Notes: generated by a model from the sequence alone, not told the origin. A stretch of 63,471 bases of DNA from Pseudomonadales bacterium (GCA_007130155.1 SLTB01000004.1:1-63471); one strand, 5' to 3'; positions 27,347 through 38,271 are shown, counted from the stretch's first letter. Made by a program: numbers and translations.

Positions 27347-28559
27347 GGATATCGTCGTCGTCGGTGCCGGTGTGGTCGGGGCCTGCGCTGCGCTGGCGCT
27401 GGCGCGCCTGGGCGCAGAGGTCATGGTCCTCGAACGCCGCGCGCCCGGTGCTAAGGCGCCCACCGCCGGTGTCCTGGGTGAGGATCTGCGCACCCTGGCC
27501 CTGTCACCGGCTTCCATCGCGCTGCTTGAGGAGCTGGGCGTCGATGAGGCGGATTGGGCTGCGGCTGGTTGTGCCTATTCGGCCATGGAAGTCTGGGATG
27601 CAGAGGGCACCGGCAGTCTGCGCTTCACAGCGCAGGAGGTTGGGGTGTCTGAACTTGGCCGGCTCGTTCCGCATCACCCCCTGGCTTTCGCGCTTTGGCA
27701 GACCCTGGCCCTGGAAGGGATTACCTGCATCACGGGCGCGAGTGTGACTGGAATGGAAGCTCGCGGCAGTCGTACCACTGTCCGTTTGGATGACGGTTCC
27801 GAGGTGGAGGCTGCACTGGTGGTGGCCGCCGATGGCGGCGAATCCAGGGTCCGGGACTTGGCCGGCATCGAGCTCAGCGTCGAGGACACCGGCCAGCGCG
27901 CCATGGCCACCCTGGCTGAACTGGAACGTCCCCATGGCGACACCGCCTGGCAGCGGTTTCTGCCGACGGGCCCGCTGGCCTTTCTGCCCTTGCCGGATCG
28001 CCACGGACGACATCGGGTCTCTGTGGTCTGGTCACTGGATACGGAGCGCGCCATCGCCATCGAGGCGCTGGACGACGCTGGCTTCGCTGCGGCCTTGGGC
28101 ACGGCCATGGAGGGACGCTTCGGTGCGGTGCTGGCGGTGGATCGGCGGGTGGGCTTTCCGCTCAGGCAGAGTCATGCCGAGACCTATCGGGCGCCGGGTG
28201 TGGTGTTGGTCGGGGATGCTGCCCACGTTCTGCATCCGTTGGCGGGGCAGGGCATGAACCTGGGCCTGCAGGACGTGCGCGTGCTGCGTGATGAGCTGCG
28301 CCGACCGCTGAGTGGCCTGGGCCGGAACCTGCTGGGTGATCCGGATCTGCTCTATCACTATGAGCGCATCCGGCGTGGCGAAAATGCGATCATGCTGCGG
28401 ACGATGGATGCACTCAAGCGCCTGTTCGCCGCCGAGGATCCAGGGGTTCGCTGGCTGCGCAACGAAGGGCTGCGCTGGGTGGGTGACGCCGGCGTCGTCA
28501 AACGCATCTTGCTCCGTCAGGCCATGGGACTGGACAGCACAGCGGGAGAACCGGCATGA
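27330..28559 (+). CDS. ubiH: FAD-dependent ubiquinone-biosynthesis hydroxylase (UbiH/UbiF/VisC family)
   Basis: 409 aa. N-terminal Rossmann VVVGAGVVGA, DG motif VAADGGESRVR, and GDAAHVLHPLAGQGMNLG. Follows pepP, as in E. coli. Confidence 0.85.
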   Translation: MRARRADIVVVGAGVVGACAALALARLGAEVMVLERRAPGAKAPTAGVLGEDLRTLALSPASIALLEELGVDEADWAAAGCAYSAMEVWDAEGTGSLRFTAQEVGVSELGRLVPHHPLAFALWQTLALEGITCITGASVTGMEARGSRTTVRLDDGSEVEAALVVAADGGESRVRDLAGIELSVEDTGQRAMATLAELERPHGDTAWQRFLPTGPLAFLPLPDRHGRHRVSVVWSLDTERAIAIEALDDAGFAAALGTAMEGRFGAVLAVDRRVGFPLRQSHAETYRAPGVVLVGDAAHVLHPLAGQGMNLGLQDVRVLRDELRRPLSGLGRNLLGDPDLLYHYERIRRGENAIMLRTMDALKRLFAAEDPGVRWLRNEGLRWVGDAGVVKRILLRQAMGLDSTAGEPA

Positions 28560-29632
28560 CCGAACGCACAGCGCTTTACGCCGAGCATCTGGCCGCCGGG
28601 GCCAAAATGGTGGATTTCCATGGCTGGGACATGCCGCTGCACTACGGCTCCCAGGTGGAGGAACACCACGTGGTGCGCAAGGTGGCGGGCATGTTCGACG
28701 TCTCCCACATGACCGTGGTGGACATCGATGGCAGCGAAGCTGGCGACTGGCTGCGCTGGCTGCTGGCAAACGATGTGGCGAAACTCGAGCGGCCCGGCCG
28801 TGCGCTCTACAGTGCCATGCTTAACGACGAGGGCGGCACTCTCGACGATCTCATCGTCTACCGGCGTGACGGCAGCTGGCGGCTTGTGGTCAACTCCGCC
28901 ACGCGCGAGGCGGACTTGGCCTGGATGGGGTCGAAGCTGCGAGGCGACGTGACGCTGACCGAGCGCCCCGACTTGGCCATGATTGCGGTGCAGGGGCCGG
29001 CAGCGTTTTTGCGCGCGGCGGCATGGCTCGGTGACACGGCGGAAGCCGTGCAGGGTCTGAAGCCCTTTGGCTTCCTGGAGCACGGGGATCGTTTCATTGC
29101 CCGCACCGGCTATACCGGGGAGGACGGCTTCGAGGTCATCCTGCCCGCCAAGGCGGCAGCCGTAGCTTGGCAGGCCTTGCTGGCGGCGGACATTGCCCCG
29201 GCCGGGCTAGGCGCCCGGGATACGCTGCGCCTCGAAGCCGGCTTGAACCTCTATGGTCAGGACATGGATGAGACGGCCACGCCGCTGGAGTCCAACCTGG
29301 CCTGGACCGTGGCCTGGAAACCGGCGGAGCGTGACTTCATTGGCCGCGGGGCGCTGACGCAACAACGCGAGCGGGGTGTGCCGAGGTGGCTGGTGGGCGT
29401 GAAGCTCGAAGTCCGGGGGGTCCTGCGCCGGGGCCAGCAGCTGTACTACGATGGGCGGATGGTTGGGGAACTCACCAGCGGCGCGTTCTCTCCGACGCTG
29501 GGAGCGGGGATCGGTTTGGCGCGTATCGCAGCCGATGTGGACGCTGCAGAGCTGGAAGTGGACATGCGCGGCAAGGCGCTGCCGGTGTCGCGGGTGAAGC
29601 TGCCCTTCGTTCGTCGTGGCGAAAGGGTATAG
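28556..29632 (+). CDS. gcvT: glycine cleavage system aminomethyltransferase T
   Basis: 358 aa. N-terminus TALYAEHLAAGAKMVDFHGWDMPLHYGS is typical of GcvT. Its start overlaps the ubiH stop (ATGA). Confidence 0.95.
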   Translation: MTERTALYAEHLAAGAKMVDFHGWDMPLHYGSQVEEHHVVRKVAGMFDVSHMTVVDIDGSEAGDWLRWLLANDVAKLERPGRALYSAMLNDEGGTLDDLIVYRRDGSWRLVVNSATREADLAWMGSKLRGDVTLTERPDLAMIAVQGPAAFLRAAAWLGDTAEAVQGLKPFGFLEHGDRFIARTGYTGEDGFEVILPAKAAAVAWQALLAADIAPAGLGARDTLRLEAGLNLYGQDMDETATPLESNLAWTVAWKPAERDFIGRGALTQQRERGVPRWLVGVKLEVRGVLRRGQQLYYDGRMVGELTSGAFSPTLGAGIGLARIAADVDAAELEVDMRGKALPVSRVKLPFVRRGERV

Positions 29633-29690
29633 CGGATCCACCCAGGAAATGGGCGCTGCCGCGAGGGTGAGGTCGAGTTCCGCACCGTCT

Positions 29691-29791
29691 TGATTCATCG
29701 CCCGCACTGCGGGCTCCCACGAGGAACATCGCTGGTACTTGGCACTTCGTTCCATCAAAGGTTGTGGGAGCCCCGATTGGGGGCGATCAGG
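29691..29791. repeat. inverted pair of REP-like elements (core GTGGGAGCCCGCAnTGCGGGCGATCA) in the gcvT-gcvH spacer
   Basis: 29691..29724 tgattcatcgcccgcactgcgggctcccacgagg is the reverse-orientation copy. 29761..29791 gttgtgggagccccgattgggggcgatcagg is the forward copy. The same family occurs at 55553..55583 and 55693..55726. Confidence 0.8.
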
Positions 29792-29908
29792 ACCTCGAGA
29801 CTGGCGAGACGAGACGATCGGACCTAGGGGTTCGCTGTAGCGCCGAATACGACATGAATCATCGGGTGACGCATCGCCTGCACACCCAAGCCATGGAGAA
29901 GAATGCAG

Positions 29909-30304
29909 ATGAGCAACATCCCGGCCGAACTGCGCTACGCAGCCACCCACGAGTGGGCACGCCTCGAGGAAGACGGCACCGTCACGGTCGGCATTACCGA
30001 CCATGCCCAGGGTGCCCTTGGTGACGTGGTGTTCGTGGAGCTGCCCGAACTCGACATCGACATTCAGGCCGGCACCGAGGCCGGGGTGGTGGAATCGGTG
30101 AAGGCCGCCTCGGACATCTACGCGCCTGTAAGCGGTACCGTAATCGCCGTCAACGAGGCTCTCGAAGAGGCTCCGGAAACGATCAACGAAGACCCCTATG
30201 GGTCCGGTTGGTTCTTCAAGCTTCGTCCTTCGGATACAGCCGAGCTCGAAGAACTGCTCGATTCCGAGGGCTATGGTGAAGTGGCGGAGAAGGAGAGCCA
30301 CTGA
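29909..30304 (+). CDS. gcvH: glycine cleavage system H protein
   Basis: [16 protein letters not shown] is nearly identical in pattern to E. coli GcvH. Lipoyl-lysine motif ESVKAASD. Confidence 0.95.
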   Translation: MSNIPAELRYAATHEWARLEEDGTVTVGITDHAQGALGDVVFVELPELDIDIQAGTEAGVVESVKAASDIYAPVSGTVIAVNEALEEAPETINEDPYGSGWFFKLRPSDTAELEELLDSEGYGEVAEKESH

Positions 30305-30412
30305 TCTCTTTCAACCGATTGTCACAGATCGTCCAACACGGGTCCCATCGGGCCGCGCCAAGCGCCGGCCCCGGCCTGGGCGCCGCCCGCAGCCGGCGCC
30401 GGAACCTGACGC

Positions 30413-31780
30413 ATGCCCTTCATACCGCACACTGAAGACGACACACGGGCCATGCTCGAAGCCATCGGCGTCGAGCGCATCGAGAACCTGTTCGACGAGA
30501 TCCCGCAGGCGCTGCGCGCTGGCGATCTTGACGAGGTGCCCGAAGCTGTCTCCGAGATGGCCATGCTGGCCGATCTCGGCGTCCGTGCGGCGCGGGATGC
30601 CGACGTCACCTGCTTCGCCGGTGCCGGGGCCTACGACCACCACATTCCGGCCGCGGTCTGGGACGTGGTGGGCCGTGGCGAATTCATGACCGCCTATACG
30701 CCCTATCAGGCCGAGGCCAGCCAGGGCACGCTGCAGGTTATCTACGAATACCAGACCATGATCGCCGGGCTGACGGCCATGGACGTCTCCAATGCCTCCG
30801 TCTACGACGGCGGTTCCGGTCTTGCGGAAGCCTGCCTGATGGCCATCCGCGCCAATCGCAAATCGAAGTCGCGTCGAGTGCTGGTGGCGGGCTCCCTGCA
30901 TCCGTTGTATCGACGCGCCACCGAGTCCATCGTCCACAATCAGGACATGGATCTGGTGGAGCTGCCGGCGGACAGTGACGGTACGGTGGCGCCGGAAGCA
31001 CTGGGGTCGTTTGATGGCGAGGACTTTGCGGCGCTGGTGATTCAGCACCCGAACTTCTTCGGTCGGCTGGAGGACGTGCATGCCCTCACCGATGCCGCTC
31101 ATGCCGCCGGCATGCTGGTGATCGCGGTGGTCAATCCCACCTCGCTGGCGCTGTTGGAACCTCCGGGAAGCTGGGGGAAGGCCGGCGTGGACATAGTCGT
31201 CGGCGATGGTCAGCCCCTGGGCATTCCCATGGCTTCCGGCGGACCCTATTTCGGCTTCATCTGCTGCAGGCAGGAGCACGTCCGGCAGATGCCGGGCCGG
31301 ATCATCGGCCGCACCGTCGATCTCGATGGCCGCACCGGCTACACGCTTACTCTGCAGGCCCGCGAGCAGCACATCCGCCGCGGCAAGGCCACTTCCAACA
31401 TTTGCACCAATCAGGGGCTGCTGGTGACTGCGGGGACCTTGTACATGGCCCTGCTCGGTGGTGATGGCCTGCGCCGGGTGGCTGGCCATTGCCACGCCCG
31501 GACGCGAGCCCTGGTGGAGCGGCTCACCGCGATTCCCGGTGTCGAGCGGGTCCACGAAGGACCTTTTTTCCACGAAGCGCTGCTGCGACTGCCCAAGCCT
31601 GCTGCCGAGGTGGTGGAGGCCTTGGCTGGTAACCGGCTGTTGCCCGGCGTAGCGCTGTCCGAGTTCTGGCCCGACCGCAGCCATGAGCTTCTGGTGTGTG
31701 CCACCGAGAAGCGGACGGAGGCGGAAATCGAGCGGGTGGCCACGGCCCTGGAAGCGGCCTTGCAGGAGGTGCAGTCATGA
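30413..31780 (+). CDS. gcvPA: glycine dehydrogenase (aminomethyl-transferring) subunit 1
   Basis: 455 aa. [11 protein letters not shown]-terminus and [18 protein letters not shown] motif, as in split-type P protein alpha subunits. Confidence 0.95.
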   Translation: MPFIPHTEDDTRAMLEAIGVERIENLFDEIPQALRAGDLDEVPEAVSEMAMLADLGVRAARDADVTCFAGAGAYDHHIPAAVWDVVGRGEFMTAYTPYQAEASQGTLQVIYEYQTMIAGLTAMDVSNASVYDGGSGLAEACLMAIRANRKSKSRRVLVAGSLHPLYRRATESIVHNQDMDLVELPADSDGTVAPEALGSFDGEDFAALVIQHPNFFGRLEDVHALTDAAHAAGMLVIAVVNPTSLALLEPPGSWGKAGVDIVVGDGQPLGIPMASGGPYFGFICCRQEHVRQMPGRIIGRTVDLDGRTGYTLTLQAREQHIRRGKATSNICTNQGLLVTAGTLYMALLGGDGLRRVAGHCHARTRALVERLTAIPGVERVHEGPFFHEALLRLPKPAAEVVEALAGNRLLPGVALSEFWPDRSHELLVCATEKRTEAEIERVATALEAALQEVQS

Positions 31781-33270
31781 GCCGTCCGGATACCCAGGGC
31801 CGCACCCTGTTCGAAGTGTCAGCACCCGGCCGCCGCGCCCACGCCCAGATGCTGCCGGAGCCCCCGCCAGCGGATGATTTGCCGAAGGCCCTGCTGCGGC
31901 AGGAGCCGGCGCCCCTGCCGGAGGCCTCCGAACTGCAGGTGGTGCGCCATTACACCAATCTGTCGCGGCAGAACTTCTCCATCGACACCGGCTTCTACCC
32001 GCTCGGGTCCTGCACCATGAAGTACAACCCCCGAGGCGCCCACCGGGCCGCCAGCCTGCCGGGTTTCCTTGGTCGCCATCCGCTGGCGCCGGAGGCCTTG
32101 TCCCAGGGCATCCTGAGCGTGTTCTTCGAACTACAGGAAACCCTGAAGGCCGTGACGGGCATGCGCGGCGTGTCGCTCACGCCCATGGCAGGCGCCCAGG
32201 GCGAGTTCGCCGGCGTGGCCATGATCCGTGCCTATCACGAGGCCCGCGGTGATCATGAGCGCCAGGAGATTCTGGTACCGACCGCAGCCCACGGCACCAA
32301 TCCGGCCACGGCAGTCATGTGTGGCTACAAGGTGCGGGAGGTGGCGGTGGACGCTGATGGCGACGTGGACTTCGACAGCCTCACGGCCGCCCTAGGTCCC
32401 CAAACCGCGGGCCTGATGATGACCAACCCCTCCACCTGCGGGGTGTTCGAACGACGCATCAAGGAGATTGCCGACGCGGTGCATGCCGCCGGCGGACTGC
32501 TCTATTACGATGGCGCCAACCTCAATGCCATCCTTGGTAAGGTCCGGCCCGGCGACATGGGCTTTGACGTCCTGCACATGAATCTGCACAAGACTTTCGC
32601 CACGCCTCACGGCGGCGGCGGCCCGGGTGCCGGTCCCGTGGGTGTGGGTCAGCGCCTGCTGCCGCACCTGCCGACTCCGATCGTCGTCTGCGAGGATCGT
32701 GACTGCGCACCCTGGTATCGCTGGCTGGACGAAGACGAAATGCCCGGCAGCATCGGTCGGCTGTCCGCGTTCATGGGCAACGCCGGCATCCTGGTTCGGG
32801 CTCTGTCCTACGCCCTGATGCTCGGGCGCGAAGGCATGCATCGGGTGGGCGACTACGCCACGTTGAATGCCAACTACCTGGCCCGGCGTCTGGCTGCCGA
32901 AGGTTTCGAGCTGGCCTACCCGAAGCGCCGCGCCACCCACGAGTTCATTCTGACCTTCGCGCGCATGGCGAAGGAGCATGACGTCAACGCCATGGATCTG
33001 GCCAAGCGGCTGCTGGACTACGGCCCCCACGCACCGACCACCTACTTCCCGCTGCTGGTACCCGAGTGCTGGCTCATCGAGCCGACGGAGACCGAGAGCA
33101 AGGAAGAACTCGACGCCTTCATCGAAGCCATGATCGCCATTCGCACGGAGGCTGAGCAGACGCCGGAGCTGGTGCGCTCGGCACCGCTGACACTGCCGGT
33201 GAAGCGCCTCGACGACGTCCGTGCTGCCCGTCAACTCGATCTGGTGTGGAAGCCGGCTGAGAGCGGCTGA
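31777..33270 (+). CDS. gcvPB: glycine dehydrogenase (aminomethyl-transferring) subunit 2
   Basis: ORF trimmed to ATG 31777, which overlaps the gcvPA stop (ATGA). PLP-lysine region [18 protein letters not shown]. Confidence 0.95.
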   Translation: MSRPDTQGRTLFEVSAPGRRAHAQMLPEPPPADDLPKALLRQEPAPLPEASELQVVRHYTNLSRQNFSIDTGFYPLGSCTMKYNPRGAHRAASLPGFLGRHPLAPEALSQGILSVFFELQETLKAVTGMRGVSLTPMAGAQGEFAGVAMIRAYHEARGDHERQEILVPTAAHGTNPATAVMCGYKVREVAVDADGDVDFDSLTAALGPQTAGLMMTNPSTCGVFERRIKEIADAVHAAGGLLYYDGANLNAILGKVRPGDMGFDVLHMNLHKTFATPHGGGGPGAGPVGVGQRLLPHLPTPIVVCEDRDCAPWYRWLDEDEMPGSIGRLSAFMGNAGILVRALSYALMLGREGMHRVGDYATLNANYLARRLAAEGFELAYPKRRATHEFILTFARMAKEHDVNAMDLAKRLLDYGPHAPTTYFPLLVPECWLIEPTETESKEELDAFIEAMIAIRTEAEQTPELVRSAPLTLPVKRLDDVRAARQLDLVWKPAESG

Positions 33271-33359
33271 AGGTCATGCCGATTCAGTTCGACCTTCCCC
33301 CTGGACTTCGTGGCTGAGATCAACCCTTGAATATTCCATCACATGGAGAGCCCGGCATC

Positions 33360-33647
33360 ATGGTGAGTCAGCTTATTCGACTGAAAGTCAAAGCAGGGAA
33401 AGCAGAAGAGCTGGAGGGGCTGGTAGCCAAGCTCATGCGGGACGTGGTCGCCAACGAGCCGGGTTCCATCTACGAGGTGCGGCGCGTTCGAGGCGAGCCG
33501 CTCACCTATCTGTATTTCATCTCCTTCCCTGATCAGGCGGCTTTCGACCGCTACGCGGCGGCCGACTACCACACCGAAATGTCGCCCAAGGCGCTCGCCC
33601 TGCTCGATGGTGACCCGATATTCGAAGACCTCGACGCGTTCACCTGA
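33360..33647 (+). CDS. antibiotic biosynthesis monooxygenase (ABM) domain protein
   Basis: About 95 aa after trimming to ATG 33360. The ferredoxin-like beta-alpha-beta pattern (IRLKVKAGKAEE...YEVRR...YLYFISFPDQAAFDRY) fits ABM. Confidence 0.65.
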   Translation: MVSQLIRLKVKAGKAEELEGLVAKLMRDVVANEPGSIYEVRRVRGEPLTYLYFISFPDQAAFDRYAAADYHTEMSPKALALLDGDPIFEDLDAFT

Positions 33648-33721
33648 TGCCACCTTGCGCGTAGGCGTCTGCGAAGGATCCGCAGTTGGTTGGCGCGCTA
33701 CGATCGCCAAGGTCGTCGCCT

Positions 33722-35110
33722 TCAGCTACCGATCTGCCGAACCTTGAAGCTGCGCCCCTTGAGTGGGCCACTGGCGAGCTTGGCCAGCGCCTGTTTGGCG
33801 ACGGCGCGCTGCACGGCGACATAGGCGCACTGGTCCTGGACGCTGATCTTGCCGATCTGATCAGCGGCGATGCCACCCTCGCGTGTCAAGGCGCCAACGA
33901 TGTCGCCGGGGCGCAGCTTCTGCCGCCGGCCGCCGTCGATCTGAAGGCAGTGCATGGGCGGCTTGAAGACGGGCTCGTTCAACACACTCGCTGGCGGCAG
34001 TGGCTCAGTGGGAATCGCCTCACTGAAGTGTTCGGGAAGACGGTCGATGCGGTGCTGCTCGCTGGCCACGAACAAGGTGCAGGCCCGCCCCTGGCTGCCG
34101 GCCCGGCCAGTGCGGCCGATGCGGTGGCTGTGCACGTCCCGGTCCCTGGCGACCTGATGGTTGACCACGAGATCGAGGTCATCGATGTCGAGACCGCGGG
34201 CGGCGACATCCGTGCAGACGAGTACGGAGACACTGCGATTCGCAAAGCGCACGAGCGCCTGATCGCGGGCCCGCTGATCCAGGTCGCCATGCAGCGCCAG
34301 AGCCGCGAAGCCCTGCGCGACCAGATCCTTTGTCACCGCGTCGACGTCGACCTTGGTGTTGCAGAACACGAGGGTGGATTCGGGCCTGTGGGCGAGCAGC
34401 AGGCGCCGCAGTGCAGCGAGACGCTCGGAATCGTCCGCGACCTGGTGGAAGTGCTGGCGGATCGTGGCTGCGTCGTGAGTCGCATCCACCGTCACGGTCT
34501 CCGGATCCACCATGTGACGCTGGGCCAGCAGGCGGATCGCGTCCGGCCAGGTGGCGCTGAACAGGAGCGTCTGCCGTGGCTTCGGCAGGCAGGCCAGGAT
34601 CTTCTCGACGATCTCCAGGAAGCCCATTTCCAGCATGCGATCGGCTTCGTCGAGGACGAGGGTGGTGGCGTCGTCGAGGTTCAGCGTGCCCTTGCGCAGA
34701 TGGTCGTCGATCCGCCCCGGTGTGCCGACGACAGCGTGTACGCCATGCTCCAGAGAGCCGATCTGCGGGCCGATGGGTACGCCGCCGCACAAGGTCAGGA
34801 TCTTCACGTTGTCGACGGCGCGCGCCAGTCTCCGCAGCTCGCCGGCCACCTGATCGGCGAGTTCGCGCGTCGGGCACAGGATGAGTGACTGCACGCGGAA
34901 GCGCTTCGGATCGAGCCGATTGAGCAGCCCGAGACCGAAGGTGGCGGTCTTGCCGGAACCGGTCTTTGCCTGCGCGATGAGGTCGCGGCCGGCGAGCAGA
35001 AACGGCAGAGCCTCGGCCTGTACGGGCGTCATGGTGTGATAACCGAGCGCGGCGAGATTTTCGACGAGCGCGGGCGCCAGATCGAGGCTGGCGAAGTCGG
35101 TGCTGCTCAA
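33722..35110 (-). CDS. dbpA: ATP-dependent RNA helicase DbpA (DEAD-box)
   Basis: Collinear with E. coli DbpA: AQAKTGSGKT, LCPTRELADQVAGELRRLAR, DEADRML, SAT, HRIGRTGRAG, and a C-terminal DbpA RNA-binding domain (PGDIVGALT). The alignment suggests a TTG start at 35110 after GAGGA; the ATG at 35248 would add about 45 unalignable residues. Confidence 0.9.
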   Translation of the reverse strand: MSSTDFASLDLAPALVENLAALGYHTMTPVQAEALPFLLAGRDLIAQAKTGSGKTATFGLGLLNRLDPKRFRVQSLILCPTRELADQVAGELRRLARAVDNVKILTLCGGVPIGPQIGSLEHGVHAVVGTPGRIDDHLRKGTLNLDDATTLVLDEADRMLEMGFLEIVEKILACLPKPRQTLLFSATWPDAIRLLAQRHMVDPETVTVDATHDAATIRQHFHQVADDSERLAALRRLLLAHRPESTLVFCNTKVDVDAVTKDLVAQGFAALALHGDLDQRARDQALVRFANRSVSVLVCTDVAARGLDIDDLDLVVNHQVARDRDVHSHRIGRTGRAGSQGRACTLFVASEQHRIDRLPEHFSEAIPTEPLPPASVLNEPVFKPPMHCLQIDGGRRQKLRPGDIVGALTREGGIAADQIGKISVQDQCAYVAVQRAVAKQALAKLASGPLKGRSFKVRQIGS

Positions 35111-35358
35111 GGGCTGTCCTCGGATGATGAGTGCTTGATGAACGCGACGATACCGCTGACGAATCAGATGACCACAACTGCCAGAATCAGTCTCGACAGT
35201 AAGTCTGTGGTCCTGAGGTGGATCTGCGCGGCGCCGATACTTTCTCACAGTTCACGGCCGCGGCTACGACTTCCTGCTTGGCAGCCTTTCTCGCGACCTG
35301 TCTCGCAATCCTCCTGATCGATGCTTCTTGCTTAGCACGCCAAGGTGCTCGGCGTTCG

Positions 35359-36573
35359 TCAGCCGCTCCTCTTTGGCAGCAAGGCCATGGCCAGGACCGG
35401 GGGCACGAGCAGCGCCAGAAAGACGAACCACGCCACGTCATAAGACCCGGCGACATCCCGAATCCAGCCGGCGAATGTTGGCCCGACGGCACTCAAGGTC
35501 AGAAACGGGATCAGCAGGCCCATCACTTGGCCGAAGGCCTGAGGGCCAAAGCGGGCGCTGACGATGGCGCCCATCAGCGGCAGGAAGCCGCCTGCGGCAA
35601 TCCCAAGCAGTGCGCTGATACCAAGCATGCCGGTGTGGGTGGGTTCTCCTAGCATCAGCACCATCGCCAGTACCAGCGCGCTCACCGCTATCCAATACAG
35701 ATAACGGTTGTCGAAGCGGTCGGAGACGCTGCCGAAGACAATCTTGCCGCCGACCATGGCGGCGGAGATCACCGACATCAGGTACGCCGCCCGCTGGGGC
35801 GAGATGCCGAGATCCGCGGTATAGGGGCCGATATTCTGCTGGATGGCACCAAAGGCGGTGGTGGGACCGAGGAAGGCGATCATCGTGACCCAGAACGTGC
35901 GTTCGGAGAGGATGCTGCGGGTCGTCCACAGACGATTTTCGAAGTGGGCGGTGATGCCCTCGGATGCCGGGTTTTCTGGCTCAGGTGCGACTCCGCGCTC
36001 CTCCGGACCGTTGCGGATGATCAGCCAGGTGGGCGGGATGATGATGACCAGGACCGCCACGGCAAGAATGATGTGAGCCTGTCGCCAGCCGAAACTGCCT
36101 AAGAGTTCCGTGACGATGGGCGGGAACAGAAAGCCGCCGACCGAGGTGCCCACCGTCACCAGACCCAGTGCGAGTCCGCGCCGCCCTCGAAACCATTTGG
36201 CCGCCAGCGTCTGCCCGGCGATGGGCCCGGCCAGGATCAGCCCGGCTGCGATCAGGGAGGTGTAAATGGCGACCACCTGCCACGCTGCCGTCGTCATAGC
36301 CATCAAGGCGAGGCCGGTGGCGAAAAGCAAGGCTCCGGAACACACCAGTGTGCGGATGGGCAGGCGGTCGAGGGCGGGTCCCACGATAGGAGCCATCGCG
36401 CCGATGCCCAGGGTCGCCATCGTGATGGCGAACAGGATGGTGCCGCGGCTGGCACCGAACTCCGCCATCAGCGGACTGACCCAGAAGGTGAAGGAGTACA
36501 GGCCGATGCCGAAGGTGACCGCCTGGAACAGCATAGCTACGGCTATCACGTTCCAGCCGTAATACCAACGCAT
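35359..36573 (-). CDS. MFS transporter
   Basis: 404 aa with about 12 hydrophobic helices. Loop motif KWFRGRRGLALG between TM2 and TM3, typical of MFS. Confidence 0.85.
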   Translation of the reverse strand: MRWYYGWNVIAVAMLFQAVTFGIGLYSFTFWVSPLMAEFGASRGTILFAITMATLGIGAMAPIVGPALDRLPIRTLVCSGALLFATGLALMAMTTAAWQVVAIYTSLIAAGLILAGPIAGQTLAAKWFRGRRGLALGLVTVGTSVGGFLFPPIVTELLGSFGWRQAHIILAVAVLVIIIPPTWLIIRNGPEERGVAPEPENPASEGITAHFENRLWTTRSILSERTFWVTMIAFLGPTTAFGAIQQNIGPYTADLGISPQRAAYLMSVISAAMVGGKIVFGSVSDRFDNRYLYWIAVSALVLAMVLMLGEPTHTGMLGISALLGIAAGGFLPLMGAIVSARFGPQAFGQVMGLLIPFLTLSAVGPTFAGWIRDVAGSYDVAWFVFLALLVPPVLAMALLPKRSG

Positions 36574-36701
36574 GGGCCACTCCGTCGTTGATCTGTGAGG
36601 TGAGAGAGGAGGGGGAGTTTGGCAGAGTTCGGGCCCTCATGGCGCCGGACTGCACGGCGGCGCGCTGCGCCCCTCAACCGCCGGACTGCGGAGGCGGCGA
36701 T

Positions 36702-37793
36702 TCAGCCGGCGGACGACTGCTCGGATTTAAGGCCCTCGGCCACCTCGGTCGCATTTGCTCTGGTCCCGGCTTCTGCCTCGGACTCAGCTGCTTCCCCGGC
36801 GGCTCCGGATGGATGGACGAAGCGGTCGTTAAGGGCCTGCACGCAACGGTCGGCGTCCGCCAACGCCGCGTCGAGTTGGTTGCGCGCTCGCCGGTTCCAG
36901 CCCCGGGGCTTGGAGAAGGCGACGGACCGCCACCAAGCTTTACTGTTTTTGGAGACCGCCTGCAGCATCGGGGACTGATCGGCGGCCAAGACCTGATCGC
37001 GTCTCAGGCCACGCAGCATCGGATACGCAGCGAGCCGTCTCAGACCCCTATGCAGCGCTAGCGCCAGGACGACCGCGGCCACCCCCACGAGGATCTGGGG
37101 AACGAAGGCGAGTTTGGCGAGCGGGGTATAGGTGAGGCCGTCCCAATGTCCGGTCCGCAGCGTCGCGAACAGCACCAGCACCAGCGCCTGCTGCCAGGTA
37201 GCCGCCACTTCCTCCGGATTTTCCTCGCGGGCAGTGTTGTCGATCTGATTGAGGATGTAGAGGAGCTTGTTGGCATCGTGGCGGTTCACGGTGTCGGCAC
37301 ACGCGGTGCTTCAGTGTGTCGCCCATGGCGCCTGGATCCGGATGGCGGGCGTCGAAGAACACCAGCACCAGATCGGAAAGATCTATGATGTGATCGGTGA
37401 TGTGCAGCGTCGAGGTGCGTTGCTCGTCGGCATCGAAGCCCGGCGAATCGATGTAGACCTTGCCCCGTAAAGGTTCAGCGCGAGAGGTTTTCGGCTGCAG
37501 ATAGGAATCCACGCCGCGGCAGTCGCCTGCGGCCACTTTCGCGATGTTGCGGTTGGTGCGATAGAAGGGAAAACGCGGATCGCTGTCGAGAGCCAGTCCG
37601 GGCAGGAGTATGGAAGTATCTTCGGAGCCGTAGCAGATGATCGCGAACTTGTCGTCCACGGCCTGGTTGCCTGAGCGCTGTAGTTCCCGCCCCGCATACT
37701 CGTTGAGAAAGGTCGACTTACCCGCCGTAAAGGTACCGAGCACGGAGATCACCGGCCACCAGGAGACGTGGGCTAGGAGTCCCCGTCGGACAT
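36702..37793 (-). pseudogene. dynamin-family (membrane-anchored) GTPase, frameshifted
   Basis: ORF 37048..37752 carries the P-loop GTFTAGKSTFLN and DSPGFDA, then becomes junk after GDTLKH. ORF 36702..37289, in another frame, continues with the G4 motif LYILNQID and two TM helices. The frames switch near 37290..37310. No in-frame ATG lies upstream of the P-loop; the ATG at 37793 is in a third frame. Confidence 0.65.
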
Positions 37794-37971
37794 GAAGCCC
37801 AGTTGTCGGGCGACGCGGCCAAACCGGGTGATCGGAGCCGGCGCGTCGCAGCGCTTGAACGTCCTATTTTGCTGACTCCTGGCGCATTGGTTCTGATTGC
37901 AGCGAAGGGCTGACGATCACGGTCTCGGATGTTGCTACGCTTGGCGCTCGAATCGGGTGGAGAACGCGGTC

Positions 37972-38271
37972 ATGGCTTATGTGATTACAGAAACCTGTAT
38001 CGGCGTGAAAGGTGAGGCCTGTATCGAGGTCTGTCCGGAGTTTGCGATCTTCTCCGAGCCAGCGGACTTGATGTCCTTCATCGATCCGGCCCGCTGTACG
38101 GACTGCGGGGCCTGCATGGCGGCTTGTGTGGTGGAAGCCATCTATCCGCCGACGGATCTGCCTCAGGCGTCAGTCGAATTCACGCAGATCAACGAACAGT
38201 GGTTCCGTCGACGGGAAGGCGTTCGCCAGCGCGTTCGCGAGATCGCAACTTCACTTGGCATCCACATCTGA
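37972..38271 (+). CDS. ferredoxin (7Fe-type Cys pattern)
   Basis: ORF trimmed to ATG 37972, after GGAG. MAYVITETCIGVKGEACIEVCP (Cx7Cx3CP) and CTDCGACMAAC (CxxCxxCxxxC), as in FdxA-like ferredoxins. Confidence 0.8.
   Translation: MAYVITETCIGVKGEACIEVCPEFAIFSEPADLMSFIDPARCTDCGACMAACVVEAIYPPTDLPQASVEFTQINEQWFRRREGVRQRVREIATSLGIHI

Noticed and set aside
29633-30412. Glycine riboswitch upstream of gcvH or gcvPA
   Set aside because: I could not find the tandem aptamer consensus (GGAGAG...CACCG..GGGCAA-like cores) by eye. The gcvT-gcvH spacer is instead occupied by REP-like units. An Infernal scan would be decisive.
30311-31684. 457-aa minus-strand ORF opposite gcvPA
   Set aside because: Antisense shadow ORF; gcvPA is strongly supported.
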